Shown here: in pieces, positions 1 through 13,309 of the stretch
How the letters are laid out: the number at the start of each line of letters is the position of its first letter
Numbering within the stretch: position 1 is the stretch's first letter
Source of the DNA: Chlorokybus atmophyticus
Lineage: Eukaryota > Plantae > Mesostigma and Chlorokybus algae
Assembly: GCA_009103225.1 (NCBI GenBank)
Contig: RHPI01002503.1
Coordinates: 1,303,206 to 1,367,205 of the forward strand
Reading direction: 5' to 3'
DNA: 64,000 nt
Made by a program: the position numbers and the translations under genes
The notes under the pieces: generated by a model
What the model was told of the DNA's origin: nothing
What the model saw: the letters and a program-made list of their open reading frames with translations, nothing else
The model's database searches: none

Positions 1-1960
1 AGGCAGATCAGCTGACAGCAAAGTGCAAGTCGTTTTTGAGACATTGGTTGCTCCAGGCAAACGAGGAATCCGTTGCTTGCCATCATGCTTATGACCCAAC
101 TACTTGCAAGCCGCACACACATGTACGAAATGCATGCACATTGCATCAGTGTCTGGGGTTGAACTTATTGTTGCCACTTTGTGTGTTGTATATGGTATTA
201 ACCGATGCTGCTTTTTGTATACTAATTTTGCGGTATGACAAGCTTTGTGACCTGCTATGCACCGCTTCTGCTGTGCTTGCTTTGCCATTGCCAAGCCAAA
301 ACCTCGACAATCAGCCTGGCAGTCGAAACTCAAACAGATTGTCTGCGCTGATTCTCAGTTACCAGCAGTCTCTGACCGTACAAATGCAAGCCTACACGCA
401 CACGCACAACCACTACAAGAACACATGTACACCCACGCACGCATGCACCCACGTGCATGCGCGCGTACACTCACGCTCATTCGTCACACTCACTCAGATA
501 CTTGATCCACTCCTTCACACATGTGCGTGTACGCCCAGACACATGCACACGCACACACACTTGCATAAGCCTGAGAAGAAACATTGTCAGCTTGCTGTTT
601 TACGGTGCGCCTGCCAGAACTTTAGTACGCGGCGCATGTTCAGTGTGTGTGCAAAGTCAACCTGCTCTCGCACACGTACCGCGTATGTTCTATGCGTCCA
701 GCATTGACCAGCGGGGCCACAGGCACTAATGTTTCCGGCCCTGTTTTGGAGAAGTTGGCAAGAGTAGAACTGTAGCCAATTGTTGGGTGTACGCACGACA
801 CAAGAAACTCATACATGGTGGTGGTGTTTACATATGTTGTGAAGCTTGGGCCAGCCCATGCTGGCCATCATTTATTTGTGCCTTGCTTTGGTGTTTTACG
901 TGGCAGTTGCAATTGCTTGGTTGTGGACAGCTTAGACTACCAGATGCCACAGCCACACGCGCATGCGTTCGGATGTGCACACAGTCACGCAGTTGTACAT
1001 TACTATGTGCATATAATACTACTGCCGATATGAGTCACATACAGTGACTCATATCGGCATGAGTGTTATATGATGCGTGCGCACAGCCGACAATGCGTAT
1101 CTGAATTTCAACATGTTACGCCATGTGAGTAGATAAAGTATGCTGCATGCCATGGCATGCATGCGCAATCAATATGGTAGGCAGTAATGGTGGTGTGAGT
1201 AGGATGTAGATTGCAGAGGTACGAAACTTTCAGATGTGCCCGGTGTTGCATGTAAGCGTATGACTGAGGCGAGTGCGGGGCGGGTGTTATGACAATGTAT
1301 ACGATGGATGCGTGCTTAGCATTCGTTACATCTTAACAAATGCGTCTTGGAGAGTTGTACACTCACATCATTCATGGTGTGACATCTTATGTGCCAGTCC
1401 TTGATGCATCATGAGCAATCTGAACGTTTCCACCGGTATTCGCATCAAATGAGTTTTAGGCAAATCAACACACTGAGTTGGTAGCATGGGGTTCTGGACC
1501 CAGTACCGTCAATGGTATCGTTACACAAGGTACTGACCTGGGTAGCGATTGACCTCCAGAGAGTGGGCGCGCGCTAGCTCGCGCAGTTCAGTGTCGCGCA
1601 CTTTGTCTTTAACGGTTTGATTCAGCGTCGGGCGCGCGCGCGCGCACGAAAGAAACAGAAATAGCGCGCGCGCTCCTACCGGTGGCGGCGGCGGCGGCGG
1701 CGGGGAGGGCGTGGCCCATGGCCCGGGACGAGGAGGCGAGCAGAGGGAGACGGAAGGGTTTTACGTTACGGGCCGTCATTTTACTTGAGGGGTGAGGAGG
1801 GGCGGCCGTCGGCCATGCTCATCCCAACACCGCCGCCGCCGCCAGCTGGGCTGCGCTAGCTAGGGTTTGCGCAGTTGAGGGCAGTGAGAGGAGGCCTTCA
1901 TTCCTTGTTCTTGCTGGCATCACCGAAACAGCATCACACACGCCTGCCATAGCCGCATGC

Positions 1961-4900
1961 ATGGCTCACAACTATTTCGGCAACGGCAACGGCCACAGCA
2001 GCAGCGGGTCGCCGCTGTCGAACGGGAGGCCGCTACCCGCAGCCCTGTCGCCGCCGTCCTCCTCGCCAAACTCAACGACGAACTCGCGCTCACGCTCAAC
2101 ACGCCAGGTGTGCATCAACACCATGACCCCGTTTGCACTTACGTATCAATATTGTTATCACGGTTAAACTAATTGTTGATAGTACCTTAACAGTGTGGTA
2201 CCAACTTCATGTGATTGTTTGTAATTTATTTTATTTGTTATATTGGCAGTTTGGTGGCTATTACTCTTAGTGCTGGTGGCAAGATCATTGTGGGAAAGTT
2301 GAGAGATAACAAGTCGTCGTGGGTACACCATGATTATGATGATATTGTTACTCATGCATAGTTGTTGCGACTACTTACGCCATTAGACTTTCCCTTTCAG
2401 ATATCGCATTCATCTTGTTTGCCGTTTTCGTCCTGTGGTTATCATCGACTGTTTTGTCTTGCTGCTGAGCAATGCACACCGCGTAAACAACACATGCACA
2501 TCATACCCACCACACCGTACGCACTATGCGCCCAGGTCTACGCCTCCTCCAAGTCCGCAGACGGCGTGTTTGGCAGCAACGGTGGACCCTTTGCATTTGA
2601 TAACAACAAGAGTGGCGGCGGCGGTATGGTGGCGGAGGCGCAGGCGAACGACGCGGCGCTGTGGCTGCGCGCGGCACTCAGCGAGCGAGAGCTGGAGCTC
2701 GTCGAACTGCGGGAGCAGCACATGAGACTCACGCAACAGTCGACACAGGTGGATGCTGGTGCCGTCGTGTTGTTGTGGTTGTGGTTGTTTAACACACCAT
2801 TGTTATATAGGCACGGGCGAACTGGGATGAGGCTTTGCGGGCAAAAGACAGGGCCATACAGCAGCTGGAAGATGCGCTCCAATCCACACACCGAACATAC
2901 CAAAGGCAAGAACAACACACAACTACTTCACAGTCACATCAGCATCGACACATCAACACCCAGTCATCGCGTCAACACATCCATCCAACCACATCCCAAC
3001 CCGTCCGCCCCACGCAGGCAGCTGAACGAGTTAGCAGCGGCCTCCTCCTCTTCCCACAGCAGCGGATGGGAGCAACAACAACAACAACAAGAGGTTGTGC
3101 GTCGTGCGGTGGACGAGGCGTTGTCAGCTCATGAGTCGCGGTCGCGTGCCAGTCAGGACGAGGCCGACGCGCGTGCGGAGAGGGCGGAGAGGGCGCTGCA
3201 GGAACAGACCGCGCGACTGGCGGCGGTTGAGCGTACACATGCAAGGAAGAACGCCGACGTGCAGAACGCGATGGAGGAGATGAGGGAGACGGTTGCAAAC
3301 CGAGGAAGGGTGAGAGTGCAGACAATTGTTATGTGTGTTGCAAAAGAATGCGCTTATGTACATGTATATTCGAATGGACACGTGCACACACGTACGTACG
3401 TGTGAGCAAGTGTCCATGCACGCGCGTGTGTGTGTGTGTGCGCGCGTGTGTGTGCAGGTATGTTTGCGAGTATACAATTGCGTGCATGTGCGTATATTTG
3501 CGTGTGCGTGTGCGTGCCTCTGTGTGTACGGCAATCTCGTACTGCACTTGATTATGTCTTTGTTTGCCTCTTCTGCTTGCCTTATTCTCCCACGCACACA
3601 TGTTTAGGCGGTGTCGGAGTTGGAGGCGGAGTGCAACGAGCTGCGCGCGTCCGCTTGGGAGAAGGAGAGCCAGATCGCCGAGTTGCAGCTCGCTCGTCAG
3701 CGCCAAGAAACCACCATCGCACAGTACGTTGTGTCCTCGTATGTGTTACGACTTCAACATTTGCATGTGTACAATACACTGTACCACGTCCACGCAGGCT
3801 GCAAGGGGAGTTGCGGGCGGCCTCTGCCACAATAGCAGACTTGCAAGCGGCTCAAGAAGCATCCTTACAGGTCAGGGATTGTGTCGTGTTGAGGGTATGT
3901 ATTCGTGACAAACATACACGCAGTCCCAACGTACAGCACTTGAAGTCTATGCCTCTCTGCAGGCCAAAGAGGATCAGGAAAGGATACAAGCCCGGGTGGC
4001 TGAGCTGCAGGCGAAGATGCTCGAGCTACAGGTGAGCATCCTGTTGGTTTGTGTCAATGTTGGTGCATACCAAAAGGTGAGGGAGGGTTTTCCTGCAGTC
4101 AATGTGGTCATGTGCAGGCCGGAGTGGCGGCCAAAGAGGGCGCCACGAGGCGTGCGAAGGAGCAGTGCCGGCAGCTGCAAGCTTCCGTCTCATCTTTGCA
4201 GCATGAGAAGGCTGTTCAGGACACGGAGATTGCACGGCTGCAGGCGGACGTCCTCAGGCACGTGTACATATTGTTGTAAAGCAACGAGCTGATTACGTTG
4301 GGTTGTTGTGTTGAATGTGTGTTGCATGCACAACAGGTTGAAGAGCACTGCTGAGCAAAGCGAGGCCGAGCGCGACGAGCTGCAGCACAGATGCGCGCAG
4401 CTGCAGCGCGAGCTGGACCACGCACGCCAGTAAGTTGTAACATGTTGGGACTCGCAAACCAACATGGACGTCAACTCATGCGTGTGCACTCGTGTGGACA
4501 GGATTGACACTGCCGGTCTGTCCCAGCGGTTGGACAAGTTTGCTGAGGAGCTGCGGCAGGCCAAGCATAGAGCTCAAGGTTGGAGTAGTGGACATCTTAG
4601 CGCGCCATCCTAGCAAGTGGTTGTTCTCACCAACATTGTTGCGTGCAGAGCTTGGTGCAGAGCTGGCCAAGGAACGGGCTGCACGAGCGGAAGCCACACA
4701 GCAGCTGCACGACTTCCAAAGACAACAGGTGAGAGGGTGCGGTAATACCTCATGGGCAAGCGCGCGGGTGGGTGGGTGTTACTACCGCTGATACACGTAA
4801 CACCCACGTCACAGGTGCTCGCAAACAAGAGGGCGGGGGATGCAACCGCGGACACGCAGCGGGAGCGTGCGAGGGCGGCCGCGCTTGAGGCCGAGCTGCG

Positions 4901-5318
4901 TGGCCTCCGCAGCAACCTCGCGCGAGCCAAAGAGCACATGCAGACCCTCACGCACGCCAGAGGTGACACATTCCTCAATACTTGTTGCGTCATGTGTGTC
5001 TGTTGTCAAGGAGAAGTAAGTTGGTGTAATCATGTGGGTGGGTGTGCACAGATGAGGTGCAAAGGAAGGAGACAGCATCTCGACAGCGCGCGACAAGGCT
5101 AGAAGCTGAGCTGGCTGAGACCAAACAGCAGCTTGCTGATACTGAACAGTTCCAGCTTGAGGTAAGTGTATCAGGAAGCACGTCTTTCTCTTCTCTGCCA
5201 CACATGACCAAGATAGATTGTGTTGGTGGTGTGAATTTTGTTGCACTGACCCACTGACGATGAAATGTGGTGGCAGCTGGAGAAGGTGGTGCAGCGCATG
5301 GCAGCCAGGTCACTGTGA
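1961..5318 (+). CDS. Multi-exon (~14 exons) long coiled-coil protein of unknown function
   Basis: Exons join in phase: 1961-2107, 2536-2758, 2811-2905, 3018-3309, 3608-3722, then short exons to LEKVVQRMAARSL* (TGA 5316-5318). The product is E/Q/A/R-rich heptad sequence (e.g. SELEAECNELRASAWEKESQIAELQLARQRQ). No family motif was recognised, and the start and end are tentative. Confidence 0.75.
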
Positions 5319-6363
5319 GGGAGACATGCAGATGTGTATTGAACACGCGCATGACAACCTACACAACAGCTCGGAAAATGCATCAACTGTGCTCAGGTAT
5401 GTGTGTGCAACATCTTGCATGAGAGAACAGAACTTTGGCGTTGGGTCTGGCTGGTGCAAAGCGTAGGGTTATTCGTGCAGGCCTGGCAGCATGCTGTGAG
5501 AGAGCTTATGTTGGAGGTACATGGCAATTGGCGGCACTTGCGCTGCCCCTGGTGCTTCTACTACCATATCAGCAGAGCAGCTACTACTTTATTTACTGAT
5601 TGGTGAACTGTGGGGCTGAGCCTCAGAGCTAGGTGTGGCTCCATTGCCAACGGCTCGTTGGCGTTGATATATAACAACACAAGTTGTGTATGTACCCGTG
5701 GTTGCTGTGTGCATGTTATGTCACTGCTTCCTTGTGCAAGTGTGGTGCAGAAACCAGTTCATATAGGATGCAGCCTGTTCTCATGTGCAGCGAGCGTCAT
5801 TCTGAGTTCTTATGCAAACACAGCAGGCAAAACACATAGCACTACATCAATCCACAATGCTTGTCAACTCTATGCAGTGGATACACAATTGCAAGAGCCG
5901 TGCACCGCCTACAGGTCCCACTCAGCACAATTCAGAAGCATTTTACCAATGGCGAGCTGCCGTAATATTCACAATGAAGCGTAGCGTTGTGCACAGCCAC
6001 CAGGCACCCAGGCTATAAGGGTGTCTCCACCCTCGGTATAAGACTTACCCTCGAAGTGGCATCAACCCACGCGTCGATATCTTCCCGCCGCCACCGATAC
6101 ACTTTACTGGCAGTCAGATTTCAACAGCTGCTCACGTGCGTTTCGCTTCTTCTTGTTGGCGCCGTCCTCCTTGTCGACGTCGTCGTCGTCACCGGCGGCA
6201 TCGGCGGCGCTGTCACTGCCTGGATACTTGGTGGTGTAAGCGCAGAGACTGGAGTTATTAAGCACGGGATGCGACCAATCGGAGGAGGCGGTGTGGTAGG
6301 CTAGAACAGTCAGGCTGTTAAACAGTTTTAACCCCTCAGATCTGTCATCAGGCCACACCAAAG

Positions 6364-9300
6364 ATGTACTACCCGCCGCCTCCACCTCCTCCGCCGCCTC
6401 TGCCTCCCCCTCCCCCAACCTCCATGTGGCCTCCTCCTCCTCCTCCTCCTCCTCCCGGCACCGCGCTGATGTCCATGATGGGGCAGCCGCCGCCGCCAGG
6501 GACGGCGTCCCTGTTCGCCCGGGGCCCCTCCTCCTGGGGCACCCACGGACGGCCGCCCACAACCGCCGCGGCCAACGTGGGGGAGGACCCGGCAGCCGCG
6601 CAGAAGAGACCGATGACGGCTGTAAGGGCGGCGGGGTACACGTCGCATGGAAGGGTGAGCAGGGGGGGGGGGACATGTATAAGAAGAATGTATGCAACGC
6701 GTAGATGCAGATGTATATACATGGGCTTGGAAGCATGCTCAGATATGATTGGTGGTATCATGTTTGGTGCTAGGAGTGAAGTTTTGTTGCATGTGTGTGT
6801 TCACCTGTGGTTTGTATGCACACCTCAAGGATTGATGTGCAGTTGTGTATGGTGTATGTACAGAGCCATCTGTAGAGTTGATGATCAAACCGTTAGAAGC
6901 CTTGCACACACTCGTTGGTGCATGTGCGTGCGCGTGTTTCTATGCACACCCGCTCATACGCAAGCACTATCTTTACCACCCACGCAAACACACAGACATT
7001 GACTTGCGCGCGTGCGCACACACACGCACAAACATACACTGTTTCATGCGGACCCGCTCGCACACGCGCGCACACACACATACACACACGTGCAGGGTGC
7101 CCGTTTCGACCCTCTCGACCAAGCCGGCACCCGTCACCCCGCCCCCTTAGGAGGATCGACTGATCCCAACACCAAACCCGAGCCCACTCTCGAGGAGCGC
7201 TGCCGCGAGCTGGAGAAGAAAGTGCATGCTTTAGTAGAAGAGACAGCAGCTGCATCTGTAAGAGGAGACCACCAGCTGGCTTTGGAGAAAGCGAGGGAAG
7301 GAGTGAAGAGGGAAAAGGCACTTAGTAAGATGAGAGAGGAGTCGAGTGGGGATGGGAGTAGTAACAACAACAACACCAACAACAACAACTCTAGCTCCAA
7401 CGTGGAGTTGTCGTGTGCTGTTAAGTTTGTCGCTGCCCGTGCCTTCGAGCGTGCGGGTTTAGCTAGCGAGGCTTTATCTTCCTACGCTGCGTTGGCTCGT
7501 GACCGCAGCGGTGGGGTGCCCGCCCACATGGGCGGGCGCGTGCGTATGAACATGGGAGGAGTCTATTACAGAGCGGGGAACTACCCGATGGCCATCAAGA
7601 TGTGGAGAATGGCGCAGGATAAGCTACCGTCACATGCGAGAGATTTGAGAGCGAGAGCCCAACGCAACATCGCGGCTGCGTTTGTGAGACTCGGGCATCA
7701 TCGAGACGCTATACGTGCATACGAAGCCGCCATAGAGATCGCCAACACGAACACCGTTACCACCAACAACAACAATACCTCCAACAACAACAACAACAAC
7801 AACGACGGCGGGTACACATCCTCCATCAGTGATTGTCAAGCGGCCTTCAACTTGGTGCTATGTTATCACGCCCTCGCCGATGCAGACCGCACGAAGCGTG
7901 CATTCCTGCAACTACTCAGCGCCGTGAAGGCCGACGACGTGCATCATGATGGCGAGGTCGAGGACGACGATGACAATGATGTCGATGATGACATGGACAA
8001 CCAAAATAATGTTACCAAGGGTGGTAGTGATAGTTTGAGTGCGGCGGTGAGGGAGCGTAGGCGTGTAGCGCACGGATACGTGTTGAGGGCAGCGAGACTG
8101 ATCGCGCCGAGTATCGATGCGAGGGGGTGGGTGGAAGGGTTTGATTGGGCGGCGGAGAATCTGACGGGGTGCGGACTGAATGAACTCGCGTCGGAGGTGG
8201 AGATGGCGAAGGCACTGGCATTCTTGGCTAAAAGAGACTTTAAGCAAGCGGCCACTCTGCTGAAGGTGAGAGTGTTATGTTGGGGAAGCCACTTTATGCA
8301 CACGTGAGCACTCGTAAACACTGCGCGCCCACACACACAGATGCACGTAAGTGCACATGTGTGCATGCCTGCATGCACGTGTGCAATCATGCACAAATTC
8401 ATGCATACGCAAATGCACGCATGCATGGTCACACGCACACAGACACACCCACACGCATATGCTCATATACCCACACTCGCACGCCGCACCCCTTTCAGGC
8501 CTTTGACAAGAAGCCCTCCGCCATCCGCGCTCGCGCTGCCACCAACCTCGCCTTCCTTCGCCTCGCCGAGGCTCTCGGCACCACCTCCAGCACCGACACC
8601 AACACCCACACCCACACCCACACGCACTCACACAACACCCACACCCACGCCGGCGCCGAGGAGGCCCTCAAGTATGCCGAGGCCGCCGTCACAAAGGACA
8701 AGTACAACGCCAGCGCTTTAGTCAACAAAGGCGCAGCGCTAATGCTAACAGTAGGAGGAACAAAAGAGAAGGAGAGAGACAAAGAGAAGGAGGTGTTGAG
8801 GGATGCCTTGTTGTTGTTCTCCTCGGCTTCTAGTGCTGAAGCGGGTCGTGCCGAGGCGTGGTACAACGCTGGGTTGGCTCACCGTCGTTTGGCCAACCAC
8901 GTGGACGCCGCGCGCATGTTCAAGAGGGTGTTTGACTCTGCACCCGAGTGTCTCGAGGCTGCATTCATGACGGCGATGAGCCACCTCGACAACAAAGACA
9001 ACAAGTCTGCAATGAAGTGGCTTGAGTTGGTCAATGCGAGGGTGGCTGGGGCGGATGCGGGCGTGTTGGCACGCCTCGGGACGTTACACGCACGCGCGGA
9101 TGAGGAAGAGGAGGAGGAGGAGGAGGATAACAATGGTGATACACACACACAACATGCTGCCAAGGCAGTGCACTACTTACAGGAGTCTCTTCGCGCGTGG
9201 CCCAACACGCTCGGCCCGTTGTCCACACTATCAGCCTTGTTGGTGAAGCAAGAGTTGTATGGTCAAGCAGCTCCTTTGTTCGACAGAGCTTCGAGGCTTC

Positions 9301-9863
9301 AACCGAGTGAGCCAAAGTGGGCTTTGATGGCTGCGAGTTGTGTCCGACGCGGCGGGGATTATGAGAATGCGTTGAGGAGATACACACGCGTGCACGTGGA
9401 TCATCCCAACAACGCCGAGTGTTTGAGATATTTGGTACACATATGCACGGATCTTGGACGTAAGGAGCAGGCGCACGAGTACGCGGTGAAGTTGAGACGT
9501 GTCGAGAGGACGGCTGATAGTGGGCGAGAGAGTAATAGTGGGGAGGGGAGGGTGGGGAAGAGTGGTGGACATGTGGTGCAGTCGCCGGATTCGCCGCCGC
9601 CGGCGCCGATGGTCAGGCCGGGGACGGGGAGACAGGTGAAGGTGAGGGCGGCGGCGGACAACGATGCGGATGAGTGGGCAAATGAGGTGAGTTGACTGTG
9701 TGTACGTGCGCGTGCGTACCCGCGCTCGTGCATGCGCAGACAGAAGTACATGTACACACACTGCACATATTCACAACCACGCGCACACACAGAGACAGAT
9801 ACGCGCGCATGTGCACACACATGTCTTTCACAGGAGCTTGGTGACGATTTGCTGCCGCTGTGA
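6364..9863 (+). CDS. IFT88: Intraflagellar transport protein 88 (TPR protein), 4 exons
   Basis: Exons 6364-6654, 7096-8265, 8499-9686 and 9834-9863 with GT-AG junctions in phase. Diagnostic IFT88 segments: RPMT..RAAGY..RFDPL, RMNMGGVYY..GNYPMAIKMWRMAQD, RARAATNLAFL, KWALMAASCVRR, ECLRYLVHICTDLG, and C-terminal DEWANEELGDDLLPL. Confidence 0.95.
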
Positions 9864-10423
9864 TACCCTGCAAGCCTGCCCTGATTGAACATGGATTATT
9901 GTGGTGGCGATCTGTACCAGGAGCGATGTAGTCCTCCCTTGAGCAGTAGTTATGCACAGGGCACAGGGCTGACTTTCCTCGCCAACAGCCCAAGCAGTAC
10001 ATTAGAGACTGAGTCCAACACAACCATATGCGCAGGCCGTACTGCTGCTCCTGACAAACACTGTGAATAGCAACTAGGAGTGGAATCAGCACTGCAGCAA
10101 CCTGAATGTGACTGCATAAAATACGCAGTTAAAGTGTGCAACAGCTACTACGCTAGTTCTGTGTAACGTTTTGTGTACAGTTGAAGTGCGTGCCATCAAA
10201 ACAGCACGCGTATGTTGTAACAACAGGGTCATGCACAAAGGGTCCAATGTAAAATCCCAACCAAACATTTTATGGACAGTATGGACCCGCTGTTCCTGTG
10301 CAACTCTCTATCTATCTACATGACAATGTGTCAAAACTCGTGCATACGCGACTACTACTTCACGACGCACGCCAACAACCGTCTTTACAAAACCCTACGA
10401 AAACCACCTTTCATCACGTGTTG

Positions 10424-12584
10424 TTATCTTAGCGCCTTCTGCGCCTCCAAAAGCAGATCCATCGCCACTACATAATACGTCTTCTCATAACACGTGTACA
10501 CCACCTTCCCCGCAAACCTCAGGTACCTCACCGACGGACTCACCGTGGGCGGTTCCGGCAACCTCGTCGGCAACGTGGCCCACTTATGCTGCACTAAATC
10601 ATAGACGATAATATCATCTAAAGGCATGCCACCCAACCTCCCGTTCGCCGTACCTCCAAACACAAATATCAAGCCACCCATCTCGAATGAATTATCGCTC
10701 GTATGCGACCTCCTTATAGGAATGTCATCCCCTTGCCACCAACTCTGTCCATCGAAGACTTGGAGTGCTAAGCTCGACCCGTATTCGTCGTCGGCGAGGG
10801 TTTGTCCACCCAACAAGAAGAGCCATTTCTTGTAGGGGACGGTTACTGCGCCAACGTGGTTGCGGGGACGGGGGTTGGGAGACTCGAGACGCCAGCCGAA
10901 GGTGGGGAGAGAGAGGGACATGGACCAGACGAGGGGGGAGTCGGCGATGGGGTGGCTCTGCGGGTGGGGACAAATGTGAGCACTTGTGCGTGGGCACGTG
11001 CGCGTGCGCATGTGCCTGCGTGCGTGCGTGCGCGCATGCGTGTGCGTGCGTGCGTGCGCCTGTGTGTGTGCGCGCACATGGGCATGGGCATGTGCATGGG
11101 TATCTCCGCGTGTGCGTGCGCAAGTGCGTGTATGTGCGTGTTTGAGTGCGTGTAAATGTCATGACTCACAGCACACTTGCCTGGTCTTGGCCGTATGTGC
11201 CACCCATAAAGTAGATTCGGTTATTTAGTATAGCCGCAGAACCGGCGCCACGGGGGCCCGGCAGGCTCGGCAGCGCAAACCACCTGCTTCGAATTATGGA
11301 TTAGACTGTACACTACGTAAAACGCAGAGACCGTGCACACGCGGCAGAATACGCACGTACCTGTTTAATGGTATGTACAAGGCCCATACGCTGCGCACCG
11401 CAGTCCCGGGAAACTTGCCCAGGAAACCTGTGCCACACATGCGAATGTGTGCATGTACGCAATCACTCCTGGCTGGTGAAAGCTAGCGCTGCTGCATGCT
11501 CGAACACATGCATGCATCTACAAGAGCTCTCTGTGCGTGCACGTGCATGCGTGTGTGTGTGCAGGTGCGCATGTGGAGGTGTCCATGTGCATGTGTGTAA
11601 TTTATGCGCCCGTGCATGCATGCACCCGGTGCATGTATGGGTTAGAAAGTGCGTGTAGACTCAACAACCTACTTACCTCCCATGACAACAACGGTGTTGT
11701 TGTTGAGACATACGCTTGCCGAGTGCGACAGCGCCTGCGGTAGGTCGCGCACTCGCCGCCACGGTTCAGTCGGCGAGGTCCACATCCACGACTTGTTGCA
11801 CGCCGTGTAGTCCGTGTCTGGGGTTTGGACAAGGAGAGTGAGACATGTCAAGCAATGCTGTGAGAGGTGTGGTTGAGGTAGTTCCCTGCATGTTACGTGC
11901 ATGCGGGCGAGCATGCTTTTCGTTTACAACTCACTCTTTTCAAAGCCGCCGACAAGGAAGAATTTGTTGGCGCATGGGACGCTCGTGGCCTCTATCACGC
12001 CCGGCAACATGGTCGGACCTGCAGGCTCATGTGGGTGGGTGTGGGTGTGGTTGGCTGGCTGGATGACTGTGTGGGGGGTTTTGTGGATTGGGGATGGGGT
12101 AGGGTGCGCGTGCGCGTGTCTGCTTGTGCACGGGTGGATGGGTGGGTGGATAGGCCTGTGCATGTATGGGTGGTCGTGCCCGTGTGCGTGCCTGTGTGTA
12201 TGTAGACACTTGTCTAGGTGTGTGTAGCTGTCTGTGTGTGCGTGCATGCGTGCACTGGCACGCTTTTTGCGTGAGCATGCACCACGCCGTCAAGTACAAT
12301 ACTGCAGACGTTGGGCTAACCATACAGGAGCAGAACCACTAAAGCCAAACCGCACGACAGGCTGCCAGTACACTTTCCCCCCTGCTGCATGCATCATCAT
12401 CCACTACCCACAGCATGCTGCTGCAACCCGGCCATTCATGCTCCCACGCACCTGGCTTGAACTCCACCGCCTGCGCGGAATGGAGGACAGCACCGAGTAC
12501 CAGCACACCAACACAGAGGCGGAGGCGGACGTTTAGGCAGGGTACACTTCTCCGACGCTGCGCCGCCGTCGCCGCCGCCGCCAT
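10424..12584 (-). CDS. Secreted Kelch-repeat beta-propeller protein (multi-exon)
   Basis: Exon 1 gives a signal-peptide-like N-terminus (LRLCVGVLVLGAVLHSAQA/VEF). Later exons give Kelch repeats with GG and W motifs: KFFLVGG; PWRRVRDLPQALSHSASVCLNNNTVVVMGG; WFALPSLPGPRGAGSAAILNNRIYFMGG; WLFLLGGQ; LIFVFGG..YDLVQHKWATLP. Confidence 0.8.
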
Positions 12585-13309
12585 AGCGTCGCTGTGGGCG
12601 GCGCTGTCACCCCACTCTATGTTATCAAAACTCCCTCAAAAGGAGACTTGTGGAGCGCCTTGCTGCGAAGCAGTTTCTGGCCGTGCGTGGCTGTGTCACA
12701 CCTAGCCGAGCCTATGTGCGCAAACCTGCCGCCATGTGGCGGACGGTACTGCTGCTGTTTGAAGGGACTATTGAGCGCTGATAGCGCGTAGGGTAGGCCT
12801 AAAAGGGCGCTTTGGGGCATCGAACGTGGGGCGTCCTGATGATCGTGTGGTCGGCGAGCGTCATGAATTATGACTCATAGTGTGCGCCGCGTTGTGTGGG
12901 AACATGTTTCCTAATCCGGTCTCAATAAACGGATACATGGCGCAAATCATCACCAACGGCCCAAAACCTACGATGCATTATGTAAGCTACGCAGTGTGCA
13001 TGTCTGAGTAACACAGTGTGAGTGTACGATTCGGCCATGTGTGCACTGTTTATGGCCCAGAGGTAACCCAACTTGCTTTCTTTTAACGAATCGCTTTTTC
13101 CGCGACTTTTGCGCCAGGGCGCTGCATGTGCTCGATTGCACAGAACTTAAGGCCCCAAGAAAGGACCTCGGCACAATCAAGAATTAAATTATCATAGCGA
13201 ACTAAGGTCGTCAGTGGGCGTGATGTTGCGACATCAACTTATGGTTAACTATTGCCGCGCTAGTTGTAACAAGTTATAACTATTACAGAACCTCGGAAGT
13301 TTTGTAATC

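Noticed and set aside
36-1100. Long ORFs rich in H/T/C/A/V (e.g. 36-707), and similar ORFs at 3329-3706, 10725-11169 and 30906-31659
   Set aside because: These are translations of CA/TG-rich intronic or intergenic simple sequence with no domain signal. A few exon-like stretches at 570-870 (minus) could not be joined into a consistent frame.
1513-1526. 14-bp match TGGTATCGTTACAC shared with ~25701
   Set aside because: Matches of this length are expected by chance in 64 kb, and the flanks are unrelated.
6104-6736. 210-aa minus-strand ORF with an acidic/basic tail
   Set aside because: Mostly the antisense shadow of the IFT88 poly-Pro exon; no start context or homology recognised.
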